From contig CAWKDC010000001.1 of the NCBI GenBank assembly GCA_963848305.1, positions 352,001 to 416,000 on the forward strand: a DNA stretch of 64,000 nt, written 5' to 3'. Source of the stretch: an uncultured Gammaproteobacteria bacterium. GTDB lineage: Bacteria > Pseudomonadota > Gammaproteobacteria > JABCZS01. This document shows, one piece after another, positions 1 through 12,587 of this stretch. Position 1 is the stretch's first letter; each line of letters starts with the position of its first letter. The position numbers were made by a program, and so were the translations under genes. The notes under the pieces were generated by a model. That model was given only the letters and a program-made list of their open reading frames with translations, did no database searches and was not told where the DNA came from.

Positions 1-765
1 AGCTGCAAACAACCGCTGAAAATTCCTTGTCGACTCCATCTCAACAGTCTCAACCGGCACACCACGACATTCAGCCAATGCTTCGGCAACGTATCGAACA
101 TAAGACGGTTCATTTGTTTTTCCACGCATAGGCACGGGTGCCAAATAAGGGCAATCTGTTTCGATCAAATAACGATCAGCAGGGACATTCCGAGCAACCT
201 CATGCACGGTATTTGCATTTTTAAAGGAAACAATACCTGAAAATGAAATATAAAAACCCAAATCCAATGCTTCCTTTGCCATAGCCCAATCTTCAGTAAA
301 ACAATGCATGATACCACCAACTTCTCCTGCATTCTCCTCCCGCATGATCTTCAATGTATCAGCTTGCGCCAAGCGCGTGTGAATGATCAATGGTTTCTTT
401 AACTGTTTGGCTATCGCAATATGATCCCTGAATCTGGCATGTTGCCAGCTTAAATCTTCTTCACCTGCTTGACGATAATAATCTAATCCAGTTTCACCGA
501 TGGCAATCACTTTCGGATGAGATGCCTGAAGAATCAAGCGATCATGATCGAAATTTTCTCCAGGCGATTCATTCGGATGCATACCCGCAGAAATCCATAT
601 ATCCTTGTCCTTTGATAAGGTGAGTAATGTCTCATGATCATCGATAGATATAGCAACATTCAAGAAATTAGAAACGCCTACTGATTTAGCGCGTGCATAT
701 AATTCCTCGAAATTCTCAGGATATCCTGGAACAAGGTGAAAATGACAGTGACTGTCTATGAGCAT
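1..765 (-). CDS. TatD/YcfH family deoxyribonuclease (3' end runs off window)
   Basis: Manual translation from ATG at 765: MLIDSHCHFHL..., with GxHP, AIGETGLDYY, HCF and ETDCPYLAP motifs; downstream of holB. Confidence 0.92.
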   Translation of the reverse strand, partial: MLIDSHCHFHLVPGYPENFEELYARAKSVGVSNFLNVAISIDDHETLLTLSKDKDIWISAGMHPNESPGENFDHDRLILQASHPKVIAIGETGLDYYRQAGEEDLSWQHARFRDHIAIAKQLKKPLIIHTRLAQADTLKIMREENAGEVGGIMHCFTEDWAMAKEALDLGFYISFSGIVSFKNANTVHEVARNVPADRYLIETDCPYLAPVPMRGKTNEPSYVRYVAEALAECRGVPVETVEMESTRNFQRLFAA

Positions 766-849
766 ATTGCCCTCCATAAATGTAGAGGCGGATATTTCCG
801 CCCGTGCGCCTGGCAGAGCGCGGCTTAGGCGCATGGTCAACCGGGAAGC

Positions 850-1692
850 CTACAATAATATCGACCTTACAGATAAATCCCAATTCATCGCCTTCGACAT
901 CCCAGCCTCTTGATATAAAGCTTGCCATTGATCTAAACGCTGAAAATCTTTGATATCAAGAGAATCTTGCGCACGATTTGCTAATACATGGTACACGATT
1001 GAAAATAAAACATCTCGATTAAAAGTTTTAGCTAATGCGAGGATATTCGGATCTCCATTTTCGACAGCTGACCTTAACGCATTCATTTTATTTAAATCAA
1101 GATTTTTCAATAAAAGTGGAGAACCATCCGTCAAATCATACAACCAATCTTGATGTTCAATACGATTCATATCGCACCAACTTTTAAATTCGATCCGAGA
1201 AACAGGTGCCACATTAATGACGGAAAGCCTGCTCCTGATCGTTGGAATCACGCGCTCAGCATTGCGCGAAGTAAGGACAATCGCCGTTTTCACAAAAGGC
1301 TCTTCAAATGTTTTCAACAATGATTGTTGCGCAGCAGTCGTTGCCCTATCAAAATGTTCAATCAACACCAACCGGCAGCCATCGATACGCATGGGTTTTT
1401 GATGTGTGTGCTCGTCTAATAAACGTGCCATGTCGATGGAAATGGTTTCATTATCCTCATCTTTCAACATCCAAACATCGGGATGCGTGCCTGAATCAAA
1501 CGCATTGCATGATGGGCAGAACCCGCACGGTTTTTCATGATGCTCACACATGAAAGCCTTAGCGACATGTTGAGCCAAAGCCCACTGCCCTCTTCCTTCA
1601 GCACCCGATATCATCAATGGTTGAAAAGTCTTCAGATTGCCTAGTTGAATATGACGCCAATGAGACGCTAGCCATGAATATTCGTTTATCAT
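850..1692 (-). CDS. holB: DNA polymerase III subunit delta'
   Basis: PCGFCPSC zinc motif, HPD, LLKTFEEP, TIRSR; follows tmk. Confidence 0.9.
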   Translation of the reverse strand: MINEYSWLASHWRHIQLGNLKTFQPLMISGAEGRGQWALAQHVAKAFMCEHHEKPCGFCPSCNAFDSGTHPDVWMLKDEDNETISIDMARLLDEHTHQKPMRIDGCRLVLIEHFDRATTAAQQSLLKTFEEPFVKTAIVLTSRNAERVIPTIRSRLSVINVAPVSRIEFKSWCDMNRIEHQDWLYDLTDGSPLLLKNLDLNKMNALRSAVENGDPNILALAKTFNRDVLFSIVYHVLANRAQDSLDIKDFQRLDQWQALYQEAGMSKAMNWDLSVRSILL

Positions 1693-2306
1693 AGATCGCT
1701 CACACTCGATTGAATCTGGGCTTTGACTTGATCTAATGGCGCTGCTGCATTAATGACGACATAACGTGAAGGATCAGCAGCAGCGCGTTCTAAATAACAT
1801 TTTCTGACACGCTCAAAAAAGGCATGTGATTCAGCTTCGAAACGATCGGTGGATTGGCGAGCCTTTGCGCGCTGCATCGCAACATCAACAGGCGCATCTA
1901 ACAGTAATACTAAATCCGCTTTAAAATCTTTTAGCACCATTTTTTCCAGCAATGAAATCCGTGTCATGTCCAAACCTCGACCTGCGCCTTGATAAGCAAA
2001 ACTGGCATCTATAAAGCGATCTGAAACAACCCATTTCCCCTCAGCCAACGCAGGAAATATAACCTGATGCACATGTTGAGCACGTGCAGCAAACATCAAC
2101 AATAATTCCGTATCGGGGTGAACAGACTCACTGTTAGACTTCACTGCCAATTGTCGAATTGATTCCGCCAAAGGCGTGCCACCTGGCTCGCGAGTACGCA
2201 CCACTGATTTCCCTGACTTCTCCAAGGTTTCAATCACAAAAGACTGAACAGTGGATTTTCCAACGCCCTCAATTCCTTCTAACGTGATGAGTTTTCCTGT
2301 GTTCAT
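1689..2306 (-). CDS. tmk: thymidylate kinase
   Basis: EGIEGVGKST P-loop, TREPGG, DRF, AYQG. Confidence 0.97.
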   Translation of the reverse strand: MNTGKLITLEGIEGVGKSTVQSFVIETLEKSGKSVVRTREPGGTPLAESIRQLAVKSNSESVHPDTELLLMFAARAQHVHQVIFPALAEGKWVVSDRFIDASFAYQGAGRGLDMTRISLLEKMVLKDFKADLVLLLDAPVDVAMQRAKARQSTDRFEAESHAFFERVRKCYLERAAADPSRYVVINAAAPLDQVKAQIQSSVSDL

Positions 2307-3307
2307 GGTTTGGTTTCCTTTTTAACACGATTGACATATCTTACCACGGCCTTATTATGTGCATCTAAGGTTTCAGAAAAAACATGCGATCCATCACCTT
2401 GCGACACAAAATACAAATACTTCCCATCAACAGGGTGTACTGCTGACCATACGGCATTTTTAGAGGGAAAGCAAATGGGTGTCGGAGGCAAACCTGTATT
2501 TAAGTAGCTATTATAGGGACCTGGTGTTTGCAAGTTTTTTTTGGTGAGCTTACCTTTGTATGATTCTCCCATGCCATAGATAACAGTGGGATCCATTTGA
2601 AGCGGCATGCCTAATTTTAGTCGATTGATGATAACGCGCGCAATTTTCGTGCGCTCCTCTGGAATGGCTGCTTCCTTTTCTAAAATGGATGCCACAATCA
2701 ATGTTTCATACACATTTTTAAAGGGAACGGCTGGATCTCGCTCTTCAAATATTTTTGTTGCATAATGCATGGCGTCTTCGTGGGCGCGTTTGATGATATC
2801 TACATCTGATTCTCCTTTCGGGAAAAAATAGGTTTCAGGCATCAATAGCCCTTCCATTTTGGTCAATACATTGTCGTCAAATGGCTGTGTTCGCTGAATG
2901 GACGGATCGCTTTTGATCGCTTCAATCAACTCTCGTACAGTCCCCCCTTCAGGCACACGCAATGAATGCATGAAAATCTCGCCTTTACGCATTTTGATCA
3001 TCAAGGCGTTTGGGCTCATCCCAGAATACACTTCATATTCACCCGCATGCATATGCTTGTCGCTGCCAGTTAATCGGATATACCATTCAAACAATGGAGC
3101 GGATCGGATGAAGCCCTTTTTTTGCAAATCTCTTGACATCATTTTAACGGACATCCCTTTTGGATATTCATAAATAACGTCAGGTGCAGGCAATGTCATG
3201 GGGCGAAAAAGCCCTTGATACAATTGATAGGAGAGAAAAATAAGCAAGCATGCAATGAGATAACATGCCAGATTAAAAATCCGCTTTTTAGACATGCCAT
3301 ACCTCAT
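2303..3307 (-). CDS. mltG: endolytic transglycosylase MltG (YceG)
   Basis: N-terminal TM, EGLLMPETY, ASILEKE, LQMDPTVIY, GLPPTPI. Confidence 0.95.
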   Translation of the reverse strand: MRYGMSKKRIFNLACYLIACLLIFLSYQLYQGLFRPMTLPAPDVIYEYPKGMSVKMMSRDLQKKGFIRSAPLFEWYIRLTGSDKHMHAGEYEVYSGMSPNALMIKMRKGEIFMHSLRVPEGGTVRELIEAIKSDPSIQRTQPFDDNVLTKMEGLLMPETYFFPKGESDVDIIKRAHEDAMHYATKIFEERDPAVPFKNVYETLIVASILEKEAAIPEERTKIARVIINRLKLGMPLQMDPTVIYGMGESYKGKLTKKNLQTPGPYNSYLNTGLPPTPICFPSKNAVWSAVHPVDGKYLYFVSQGDGSHVFSETLDAHNKAVVRYVNRVKKETKP

Positions 3308-3325
3308 CCATGGTGGCTATCGATT

Positions 3326-4564
3326 TTAGGCTGTGAATTTTTTCAAAATCAACGTGCCATTGGTACCCCCAAACCCGAAGTTATTGTTCATTCCAGCAAC
3401 AATCTTCATGGGTTGAGGCACATTGGGCACATAGTTTAAACGACAATCTTCACTGGGGTGATCTAAATTGGTAGTAGGTGGCGCGATTTGATCGCGAATT
3501 GCCAATACCACGAACATGGTTTCTAGCGCACCGGCAGCACCCAATAAATGCCCTGTCATCGATTTGGTAGAACTCATGGCCAGTTTATGGGCGTGTTCAC
3601 CAAAAAGGGTTTCGACTGATTGAGATTCGGTGCTGTCACCAACTGATGTTGACGTTCCATGTGCATTGATGTATTGAATGTCAGCTGTTGTTAAATTTGC
3701 ATCACGCAACGCATTCTTCATACATTCTATCGCACCGACACCACTCGGGGCAGTGACATGATACGCATCAGCACTCATGCCATAACCGACGACTTCGGCA
3801 TAAATTTTTGCGCCACGTGCTTGGGCATGTTCCAGTGATTCCATCACGAGCACAGCAGCGCCATCACCCATCACAAAACCATCGCGGTCTTTGTCGAATG
3901 GCCTGGATGCATGGGTAGGATCATCGTTACGGGTCGATAAGGCACGGGCTGCACAGAAGCCGCCTAAACCCAATGGGGTGATTGCCTTTTCAGCGCCACC
4001 GGCCAACATCACATCGGCTTCACCATATTGAATCATGCGGTAAGCAGCACCAATGTTATGTGTTCCTGTTGTACAGGCTGTGACAACGCTGATATTCGGT
4101 CCGCGTAACCCAAACATCATCGAGACTTTCCCAGCGACCATATTGATGATACTGCCAGGAATGGAGAATGGGTTCACCTTGCGAGGACCATGGTGCTCGA
4201 TGGCATCCCAGATGCCTTCTAGCACGGATGCCCCACCAATACCTGAACCAATGGCAACGCCCATGCGCCCACCATTTTCTTCTGTGACCACCAAACCAGC
4301 ATCTTTCATCGCCTGGGCTGCGGCATACATACCATATATAATAAAGCCATCAAAGCGACGTTCGTCTTGTTTGGAAATCAAGTCTCCAGTATCCAGGTCT
4401 TTCACCTGGGCAGCAAAGCGTGTGGAATACTCGCTGACGTCGAAAGATGTGATAGGGGCGACACCGCTTTGCCCAGCCAGTATGTTTTTCCAGATCTGTT
4501 CGACCTCGTTCCCCAATGGAGAAACTGCTCCCAGTCCTGTGATCACAACTCGTCTTTTTGACAC
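3326..4564 (-). CDS. fabF: beta-ketoacyl-ACP synthase II
   Basis: [33 protein letters not shown]. Confidence 0.97.
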   Translation of the reverse strand: MSKRRVVITGLGAVSPLGNEVEQIWKNILAGQSGVAPITSFDVSEYSTRFAAQVKDLDTGDLISKQDERRFDGFIIYGMYAAAQAMKDAGLVVTEENGGRMGVAIGSGIGGASVLEGIWDAIEHHGPRKVNPFSIPGSIINMVAGKVSMMFGLRGPNISVVTACTTGTHNIGAAYRMIQYGEADVMLAGGAEKAITPLGLGGFCAARALSTRNDDPTHASRPFDKDRDGFVMGDGAAVLVMESLEHAQARGAKIYAEVVGYGMSADAYHVTAPSGVGAIECMKNALRDANLTTADIQYINAHGTSTSVGDSTESQSVETLFGEHAHKLAMSSTKSMTGHLLGAAGALETMFVVLAIRDQIAPPTTNLDHPSEDCRLNYVPNVPQPMKIVAGMNNNFGFGGTNGTLILKKFTA

Positions 4565-4588
4565 GGTGTATACCCCCTTATTCAGCCA

Positions 4589-4837
4589 TTACCCTTTCGC
4601 GCGTTGTGAAATATAATCAATCACGTTTTGAATGGTTTTCAATTTCTCAGCTTCTTCATCAGGAATTTCAGCACCAAACTCTTCTTCAAAAGCCATGACC
4701 AATTCAACAGTATCAAGCGAATCAGCCTTCAAGTCGGTCACGAATTCAGACGTATTGGAAATATCTGATTCGTTTACTTCTAACTGCTCAGCAACGATTT
4801 GCTTCACGCGTTTTTCGATATCGTTCGTATTTGACAT
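4589..4837 (-). CDS. acpP: acyl carrier protein
   Basis: [10 protein letters not shown] phosphopantetheine site. Confidence 0.97.
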   Translation of the reverse strand: MSNTNDIEKRVKQIVAEQLEVNESDISNTSEFVTDLKADSLDTVELVMAFEEEFGAEIPDEEAEKLKTIQNVIDYISQRAKG

Positions 4838-5129
4838 TCAAAGTCTCCTCAAAATATAGATAAAAGCCAATTAGCGACCAGATCATACCCGCTTTCAACC
4901 CATTTGGGTAGAGGGGGTATGAATACTGATGACCTATAACCATCTTATCCCCTTCCTTAGCAACCAAACAGGCAATGTTTCCTCGATAAGATACTTGCTA
5001 TGAATAGATCAGTGTGAAAAATATAAGTATGGCAGTTGCCTGGCTATGCTTAAGCAAGCAGCCACCCCGTAAGATGCCATGGCAGTGATGGACCGTCTGG
5101 TGACACTGCTAAGAAGAAGTCCTGCGTTT

Positions 5130-6629
5130 TTAAGGAGGGCACTCTGACATTTCCAGCTGTCTTAAAGCTCGATTGAAAATGGGCAACCCATCATCGGGCG
5201 CTTGATTTGCACAATCGCTTTCAAGCTTATCTCTAGCATCATGGTAACTGATCCATGGAATCGTTGTGGTATAAGCTTGTGCTTGATCAATAACTTTACA
5301 ATATGTTTGAAAATGGTGATCTCTGGTTGCCCTTCTAAGCCCATTGATATAATTATCTCTGTGCACAGTAGGAATAACGATTTTAAAACAGCCCGCCTGT
5401 ACCAGCTCTGCGTTCATCATGATTCTAGCAATTCTACCATTCCCATCTTCGAATGGATGAACCTCGCTCACCATAAAATGCATGAAAAGCGCTTTTTCCA
5501 ACCCGGGCTGAAGTTGGGCATACAATTCAAACCCTAATGTCAAAGTGGCAACCACCTCACTTGGGAGCACAAAATAAGTATTACCTGCAATATTGGCTCT
5601 TTTCTTAAATTCGCCTGGAAACTTATCGGGGCGTTCCTGCATTAAGATTTCATGCCTTGACTGCAAAATTTCTAAAAATTCAGCGGGCGTTCTGGGTGTA
5701 ATGCACATTTGTGAAAAATCATTCGTTAAATAGTAAAGCGCCAAGACATCATGGCTGTCTGCATGGCGATTTATAATATCTTTTTTATTAAAAACAATAT
5801 CCTCAGCCTCATCAATCGTAAACCGCGTCCCTTCAATATAATTGGAAAAATATGATTCAAAAAAAGACAGATAATTATAGGTTGTTTTGTTATATTCATA
5901 TGATCTTTTTTTAAAATGACAACGTTTTAAATACAGTGCAAGCGATTCAAATAATCTGATTCGCCCTTCATCATATGGCTCTTTTTTAGCGATTGCTTTC
6001 GCGTAACGCGTTTTAAGAATATCAGCATCTTCACGAGTTGATAATAATGCACTGATAATTTGATTCAGTACTTTAAACTCTGAATTGAGGTTTAAATCGG
6101 TGGCAACAATTTTTGCATCATCTCTAATGCGATTCAATGTTGCTTCCCCCCTGCCCCTCATCACCCGCGTCAGGTAGCGCTCCACACCTTCATGAGCAAC
6201 AGTTTTAATACCATGGTACGCTTTGAGATTAACTTTGCTCAAGTTTTCCAGTAACATTCGTGGCTCACTGCTTCTCGATAACGTGAGGGACACTGGTTCA
6301 ATATAATCACGATAATTTCCCTTAAGAACCTTGATGATCAAACCAGGTAATTTAATGGTTTTTGTGTATGTGCTGGTCATGAAGACAATAGCATCTTTCT
6401 TTTCAAAAGGGATCGGTTTTAAATCAAATGCAGTCCTAAAGCTTAAAATGCCCTGTGAAACTATGTGGGAAACGATAAACATCCATTCTTTCTGCACAAT
6501 CTCTTCAAGAGGTTCATCTAAATCATCAGTGTAGATTCCATGATAAATACGACGGAGCTTGCCCTGCAAAAATTGCTTAGAGAGCAATTTAGCTTCACCG
6601 GGGGAACCTGAGAATATGACCTTAGCCAT
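5130..6629 (-). CDS. Fic-domain protein (class II-like, internal inhibitory motif) with putative N-terminal winged helix
   Basis: Canonical HPFEDGNGRIAR Fic motif; SNYIEG matches (S/T)xxxE(G/N); AT-richer than flanks. Confidence 0.9.
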   Translation of the reverse strand: MAKVIFSGSPGEAKLLSKQFLQGKLRRIYHGIYTDDLDEPLEEIVQKEWMFIVSHIVSQGILSFRTAFDLKPIPFEKKDAIVFMTSTYTKTIKLPGLIIKVLKGNYRDYIEPVSLTLSRSSEPRMLLENLSKVNLKAYHGIKTVAHEGVERYLTRVMRGRGEATLNRIRDDAKIVATDLNLNSEFKVLNQIISALLSTREDADILKTRYAKAIAKKEPYDEGRIRLFESLALYLKRCHFKKRSYEYNKTTYNYLSFFESYFSNYIEGTRFTIDEAEDIVFNKKDIINRHADSHDVLALYYLTNDFSQMCITPRTPAEFLEILQSRHEILMQERPDKFPGEFKKRANIAGNTYFVLPSEVVATLTLGFELYAQLQPGLEKALFMHFMVSEVHPFEDGNGRIARIMMNAELVQAGCFKIVIPTVHRDNYINGLRRATRDHHFQTYCKVIDQAQAYTTTIPWISYHDARDKLESDCANQAPDDGLPIFNRALRQLEMSECPP

Positions 6630-6635
6630 TTAGTG

Positions 6636-6708
6636 GAACTCCAGACCAATATAACTGATGATAGGCGAACTTCAGCATATTTGCAAGGCCAAAAAGCGAA
6701 CTTCAGCA
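6636..6708. promoter_or_regulatory. three direct repeats (GAACT[T/C]CAG core) at 31-bp spacing upstream of the Fic gene; putative operator
   Basis: GCGAACTTCAGCA at 6665-6677 and 6696-6708; GAACTCCAG at 6636. Confidence 0.45.
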
Positions 6709-6717
6709 GATCTATGG

Positions 6718-7041
6718 CTAAGAAAGGATATTGATAGCCTCATGCAAGAGCGCCCTGATGGCCTGGTGACTTGTGCCAACGGGTGAGGGGGAAACAATGG
6801 GGGCTGCTTCCATCAGCTGGGCACGAGCTCCACTGATGGTAAATCCCTTTTCATAAAGAAGGTGCTTGATTTGCTCGATCATCAGAACATCTTCGCGGCG
6901 ATAATAACGTCGGTTACCGCGGCGTTTATTGGGCCGCAGGACGTCGAATTCCTGTTCCCAGTAACGCAATACGTGGGGTTTCAGCGCGCATAACGTGCTA
7001 ACCTCGCCAATGGTGAAATAGCGTTTATCAGGAATGACCAT
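6718..7041 (-). CDS. MerR-family transcriptional regulator (ihfA-associated)
   Basis: [12 protein letters not shown]...LRYWEQEF...RRYY; conserved position after ihfA. Confidence 0.92.
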   Translation of the reverse strand: MVIPDKRYFTIGEVSTLCALKPHVLRYWEQEFDVLRPNKRRGNRRYYRREDVLMIEQIKHLLYEKGFTISGARAQLMEAAPIVSPSPVGTSHQAIRALLHEAINILS

Positions 7042-7345
7042 CCTTACGCTCCAAGGCCTCCACTTTCGCCTTCAACTTTTGACCGGCATGGAATGTGACC
7101 ACGCGGCGCGGTTTGATAGGAATCGCCACCCCTGTTTTGGGATTGCGACCTGGACGCTCGTTTTTATCGCGCAGTGTATAGTTGCCATAACCAGACAACT
7201 TCACCTCATGCCCTGATTCCAAGGCTTCGCGTATTTCTTCAAAAAAAATCTCGACAACTTCTTTGGCTTCACGATTATTAAAGCCCAAGCTATTACATAG
7301 CATTTCAGCAATGTCTGCTTTCGTTATCGTCGTGGTAGTGGACAT
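7028..7345 (-). CDS. ihfA: integration host factor subunit alpha
   Basis: [22 protein letters not shown]; follows pheT. Confidence 0.96.
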   Translation of the reverse strand: MSTTTTITKADIAEMLCNSLGFNNREAKEVVEIFFEEIREALESGHEVKLSGYGNYTLRDKNERPGRNPKTGVAIPIKPRRVVTFHAGQKLKAKVEALERKDGHS

Positions 7346-7348
7346 GGT

Positions 7349-9369
7349 TTATTCCCTTACAATGGCCCCAAATGCTTGCTTTAACCCGTGAATCACAGCC
7401 TGCATCGCTGCACTGACTTCGTCATCTATAAGAGTGCGCGAAGAATGCTGTAAAATCAAGCCCAAAGCTACACTTTTTTTACCTTTTTCAAGGTGTTCCC
7501 CTTGGTAGACATCAAAAATCTCAACATGCGTCAATATAACGCCGCCCAGAGCGCGCACCTTCCCTAATATATCATCGGCGGATATGGCATTATCAACCAC
7601 AATTGCCAAATCACGGCGTATGGCTGGGAATTTTGAGCCTTCCGCGAAATGCAATGTACGTCCATGGAGCAGAGGATCACGCGATAATTCACATACAAAC
7701 ACAGGACCCCGCAGATCAAATGTTTTCAATAATCGAGGATGCAACGCACCCAACACCCCAATGGTATGCCCGCCCTGGACAATGGCCGCCGCTTGCCCCG
7801 GGCCAATACAGGGTGATCTGTCGGCACAAAATGGGTTGCTTTAGGGTTGAAGGACAACAGAGCCTCCACATCCCCTTTTAAATCATAAAAATCATAAGAG
7901 CGAGGCTTTTGCTGTTGCCAAAACCCTTCGGTTTGACCACATATCAGCAAGGCAAGGTGCTCTTCAAAACGAACGTCAGGCAGCCCGCCATCAAAGCACT
8001 GCCCTGCTTCAAACAACCGCATGCTATTTATTTGGCGCGCCTGATTGTAAAGGGCTGTTTGCAGCAGTCCTAATAAAAGACTATGGCGCATCACAGCCAT
8101 ATCGGGGGACAAAGGGTTCAACAATGCGATGGGCACGACGGAGGGAAACAATGCCCGCTGAAGCGATTCATCCACAAAACTGTAGGTAATAACCTCTTGA
8201 TATCCCCGATCAACCAGCACGTCTTTCAGGCGCCCCAGTGGAGTCGCCGACTCGCTCGCCGTGGAAGCGGGGACAATCGGAGGTAACGCTTCAGGAATAC
8301 GATCATAGCCATATACCCGCGCGACTTCTTCGACTAAATCTTCAGGAATTTGAATATCAAAACGGAATGAAGGCGGAACCACCGTTATTGCATCACCCTT
8401 CACGTCGCAAACCATGTGAAGGCGCTTCAGTAACGAGGCTGCTGTTGATATATCTATCTCAATACCTAATCGAGACTTTAACAGTGACATCGGCAGAACA
8501 GTTTTAACAGAAGAAGGTAAGGCGGCTGCTTCAATCCGCTGAACAGGCCCAGCATGCCCGCCTGCTGCTTCCAATATTAACGCCGTGACGCGTTCGAGTG
8601 CGCGTTCCGCAAGTGTTGGGTCTACACCCCGCTCAAAACGCATCGCCGCATCACTGCTCACACGGTATTGTCGCGCGCGACCTCGCACCGCAGAGGGCAA
8701 GAAAAATGCGCTTTCAATCAACAGATCGGTTGTATGTGGCGTGACACCACTGTCGGCACAACCCATGACACCTGCGATCGCCAAGACTTTTTTCTCATCA
8801 GCGATGACACAGGTTTTATCATCGAGTGTCACAGTGCTATTATCAATCAAAGTGATTTTTTCGTTATTACTTTGACGGACACACACTGTGCCCTCAAGCA
8901 TCGCCGCATCAAATGCATGTAAGGGTTGCCCTAATTCCATCATGACATAATTGGCAATGTCCACGACGATGGATACACTCTTCATACCCGTGCTCTGCAA
9001 ACGTTCCAAGATCCACTGAGGCGTTTTGGCAGCCGCGTTTACCCCAGTGATACGTCGACTGAAATAGCGCAAACAGGCAGCACTGTCCTTGACGACCACG
9101 GGCCACGTGTCAGATACAGAGGGCACCACCGGATCAATTGATAATGGTATAAATTCTGCTTCAAGCAGTGCAGCAGCTTCTCGTGCCACGCCTTGCACGC
9201 TCAGGCAATCGCCTCGATTCGGCGTGACGCCCAATTCAATCCAGTGGTCATCGCCAACAACCGTCATGCTATCGAGCTCTAAACCCCCAGCCGTTAATAC
9301 ATCGCCCAACACTTTGGGAGACACAGTGGCACTGACCCATGTTTTCAGCCATTTGATGCTACATTTCAT
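7349..9369 (-). CDS. pheT: phenylalanine--tRNA ligase beta subunit (short form lacking B2; apparent 1-nt frameshift ~7800)
   Basis: TPNRGDCLS, GQPLHAFD, RFERGVD, EDLVEEVAR in ORF 7726-9378; FDX-ACB domain (SKFPAIRRDLA) in ORF 7349-7756; one added base restores LAPGQAAAI...GALHP. Confidence 0.93.
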
Positions 9370-9417
9370 ACTTTCCAAACCCTATTTAATGATCTTGTCA
9401 CGCCTTATCCTTTCAGC

Positions 9418-10844
<1,427 letters not shown>

Positions 10845-11007
10845 GTGTTCCTCCTAAAAAACGCCTCCCTTGAAAAGGCTTTGTTGCATCATTAGGTGTA
10901 CAGTCGCAACATGCCTTAATGTATGCGATTTCAAGATTGATGTGCTTTGCACATCAAGGGTGCAGCATGCTTCACCCTTACAATCGCTGCGCGATTTTTT
11001 CTAAAAT

Positions 11008-11697
11008 TCATACCCAAATTGCCCGCGACAAAATCGGTCTACCATCCAGCAAATGTTCAATCATCGGTCGCAATAAAATCTGGGATTCTTTCGCACTGAT
11101 CGGATCAGACAAATCATCTTGTGCTAAATCCAACAATGTTTTCCCTAAAATACCGCGAGCACTTTCGTGGTGAACAGGTCTTGCGCCTGATTTAGGCAAG
11201 AAAGTATAACGCATGGTGGGAATAATTGCTAAACCATCGATGTCATGCGTCAACGTCAACGCATAGCCTAATTCATCCAATAAATGTTTTTCAAAAATAC
11301 GTAATGCAGGACCATGATTATCAGACCGCGCTAATGCAATCAATGTCTGTTGATACACATCGAACAAAGCATGATGCTCGAGGCCTGGCGGCAACAACCA
11401 ATAAAGCAGTTCATTCAAATATAACCCACAGGCGATGCGATTACCATTCAAAGCCTGCCAATCTCCATGTAATTCACAGTGTTTGAGATATTTAAGATCA
11501 CCACGTCCTTGAAATGAAATCAGCAATGGCACAAATGGCTGAAGCAATGCTTTCATTGGGGACTTTGGTGTGCGAACACCTTTAGCCAATAAATTAATTT
11601 TGCCATGGCGAGCAGTGAAACACGTCAATAAGACACTTGTCTCACTGTAATGACGCAAATGAATCACATACGATTCTTGCCCATAGAAAGGCTTCAT
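11008..11697 (-). CDS. recO: DNA repair protein RecO
   Basis: YSETS, LQPF, GLYLNELL; follows era. Confidence 0.95.
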   Translation of the reverse strand: MKPFYGQESYVIHLRHYSETSVLLTCFTARHGKINLLAKGVRTPKSPMKALLQPFVPLLISFQGRGDLKYLKHCELHGDWQALNGNRIACGLYLNELLYWLLPPGLEHHALFDVYQQTLIALARSDNHGPALRIFEKHLLDELGYALTLTHDIDGLAIIPTMRYTFLPKSGARPVHHESARGILGKTLLDLAQDDLSDPISAKESQILLRPMIEHLLDGRPILSRAIWV

Positions 11698-12587
11698 GAA
11701 TCATAACCCCATTTTTTTAACCGGTTTTCATCATCTGCCCATCGATCCTTGACGCGTACCCACAAACGCAACATCACTGGCTTCCCAAACATTTTCTCCA
11801 TATCTAGCCGCGCGTCCATGCCAATGGATTTCAAGCGCTCACCGCCCTTTCCAATCACAATCGCTTTCTGCCCTTCTCTCGCAACAATCAATGTTGCATT
11901 GACATGAACAATACTTTCTTCTTTCTTAATGCTATCGATAGCGACATGCACTTCGTAGGGCAATTCTTCACCCAGGGTGCGCATCAGTTTTTCACGGATC
12001 ATTTCGCTGGCACGGAAATATTCATCACGATCTGTGATCGCTTCTTCAGGAAAATAAAAGAAATCAGATTCAGGCAACAAGGATTTAATCACCTCTTCTA
12101 ATACCTCAACTTGTTTTCCATTTTTGGCACACACGGGCACAACGGCTTTAAAGGCATATTCTTTCATCAGCATTTCAATGTGCGGCAACAGAATATCCTT
12201 ATCTTCTAAGGTGTCTGTTTTATTGATCACCAAAATTGTCGGCTTGTCAGCCCGTTTGACTTGCTTGAGCGCCCATGCATCGCCTTCATTGAAATAAATA
12301 CCGTCTACAACAAAGCACACCACATCGACATCACCCAATGCTGACAATGCTGCTTTATTCATATAATGATTGATTTTTCTGCCACCGCCGCGGTGAAGCC
12401 CTGGTGTGTCAACATAAATATATTGTGCATCACCTTCCGTTTTGACACCCAAAATTCGGTGACGCGTTGTTTGAGGTTTGCGCGATGTGATGCTGAGTTT
12501 TTGTTTTAGAATGCAGTTCAATAATGTAGATTTCCCCACATTCGGGCGCCCGACCAACGCCACATACCCTGACTGTTTATGGCTCAT
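11694..12587 (-). CDS. era: GTPase Era
   Basis: GRPNVGKST, QTTR, DTPG, KH domain VIGKGG. Confidence 0.98.
   Translation of the reverse strand: MSHKQSGYVALVGRPNVGKSTLLNCILKQKLSITSRKPQTTRHRILGVKTEGDAQYIYVDTPGLHRGGGRKINHYMNKAALSALGDVDVVCFVVDGIYFNEGDAWALKQVKRADKPTILVINKTDTLEDKDILLPHIEMLMKEYAFKAVVPVCAKNGKQVEVLEEVIKSLLPESDFFYFPEEAITDRDEYFRASEMIREKLMRTLGEELPYEVHVAIDSIKKEESIVHVNATLIVAREGQKAIVIGKGGERLKSIGMDARLDMEKMFGKPVMLRLWVRVKDRWADDENRLKKWGYDS

Noticed and set aside
4053-4616. Long antisense ORFs (also 9089-9586, 25282-25839, 38300-38809, 60168-60698)
   Set aside because: Shadow frames of well-conserved genes with no protein-like features
7349-9369. Genuine pseudogenisation of pheT, aspS, nrdB and pal
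   Set aside because: Core genes with otherwise intact sequence; single indels are better explained by consensus error
10930-10985. Riboswitch or ncRNA between recO and acpS (also hairpin at ~4882-4922)
   Set aside because: Only short hairpins; no recognisable family motif
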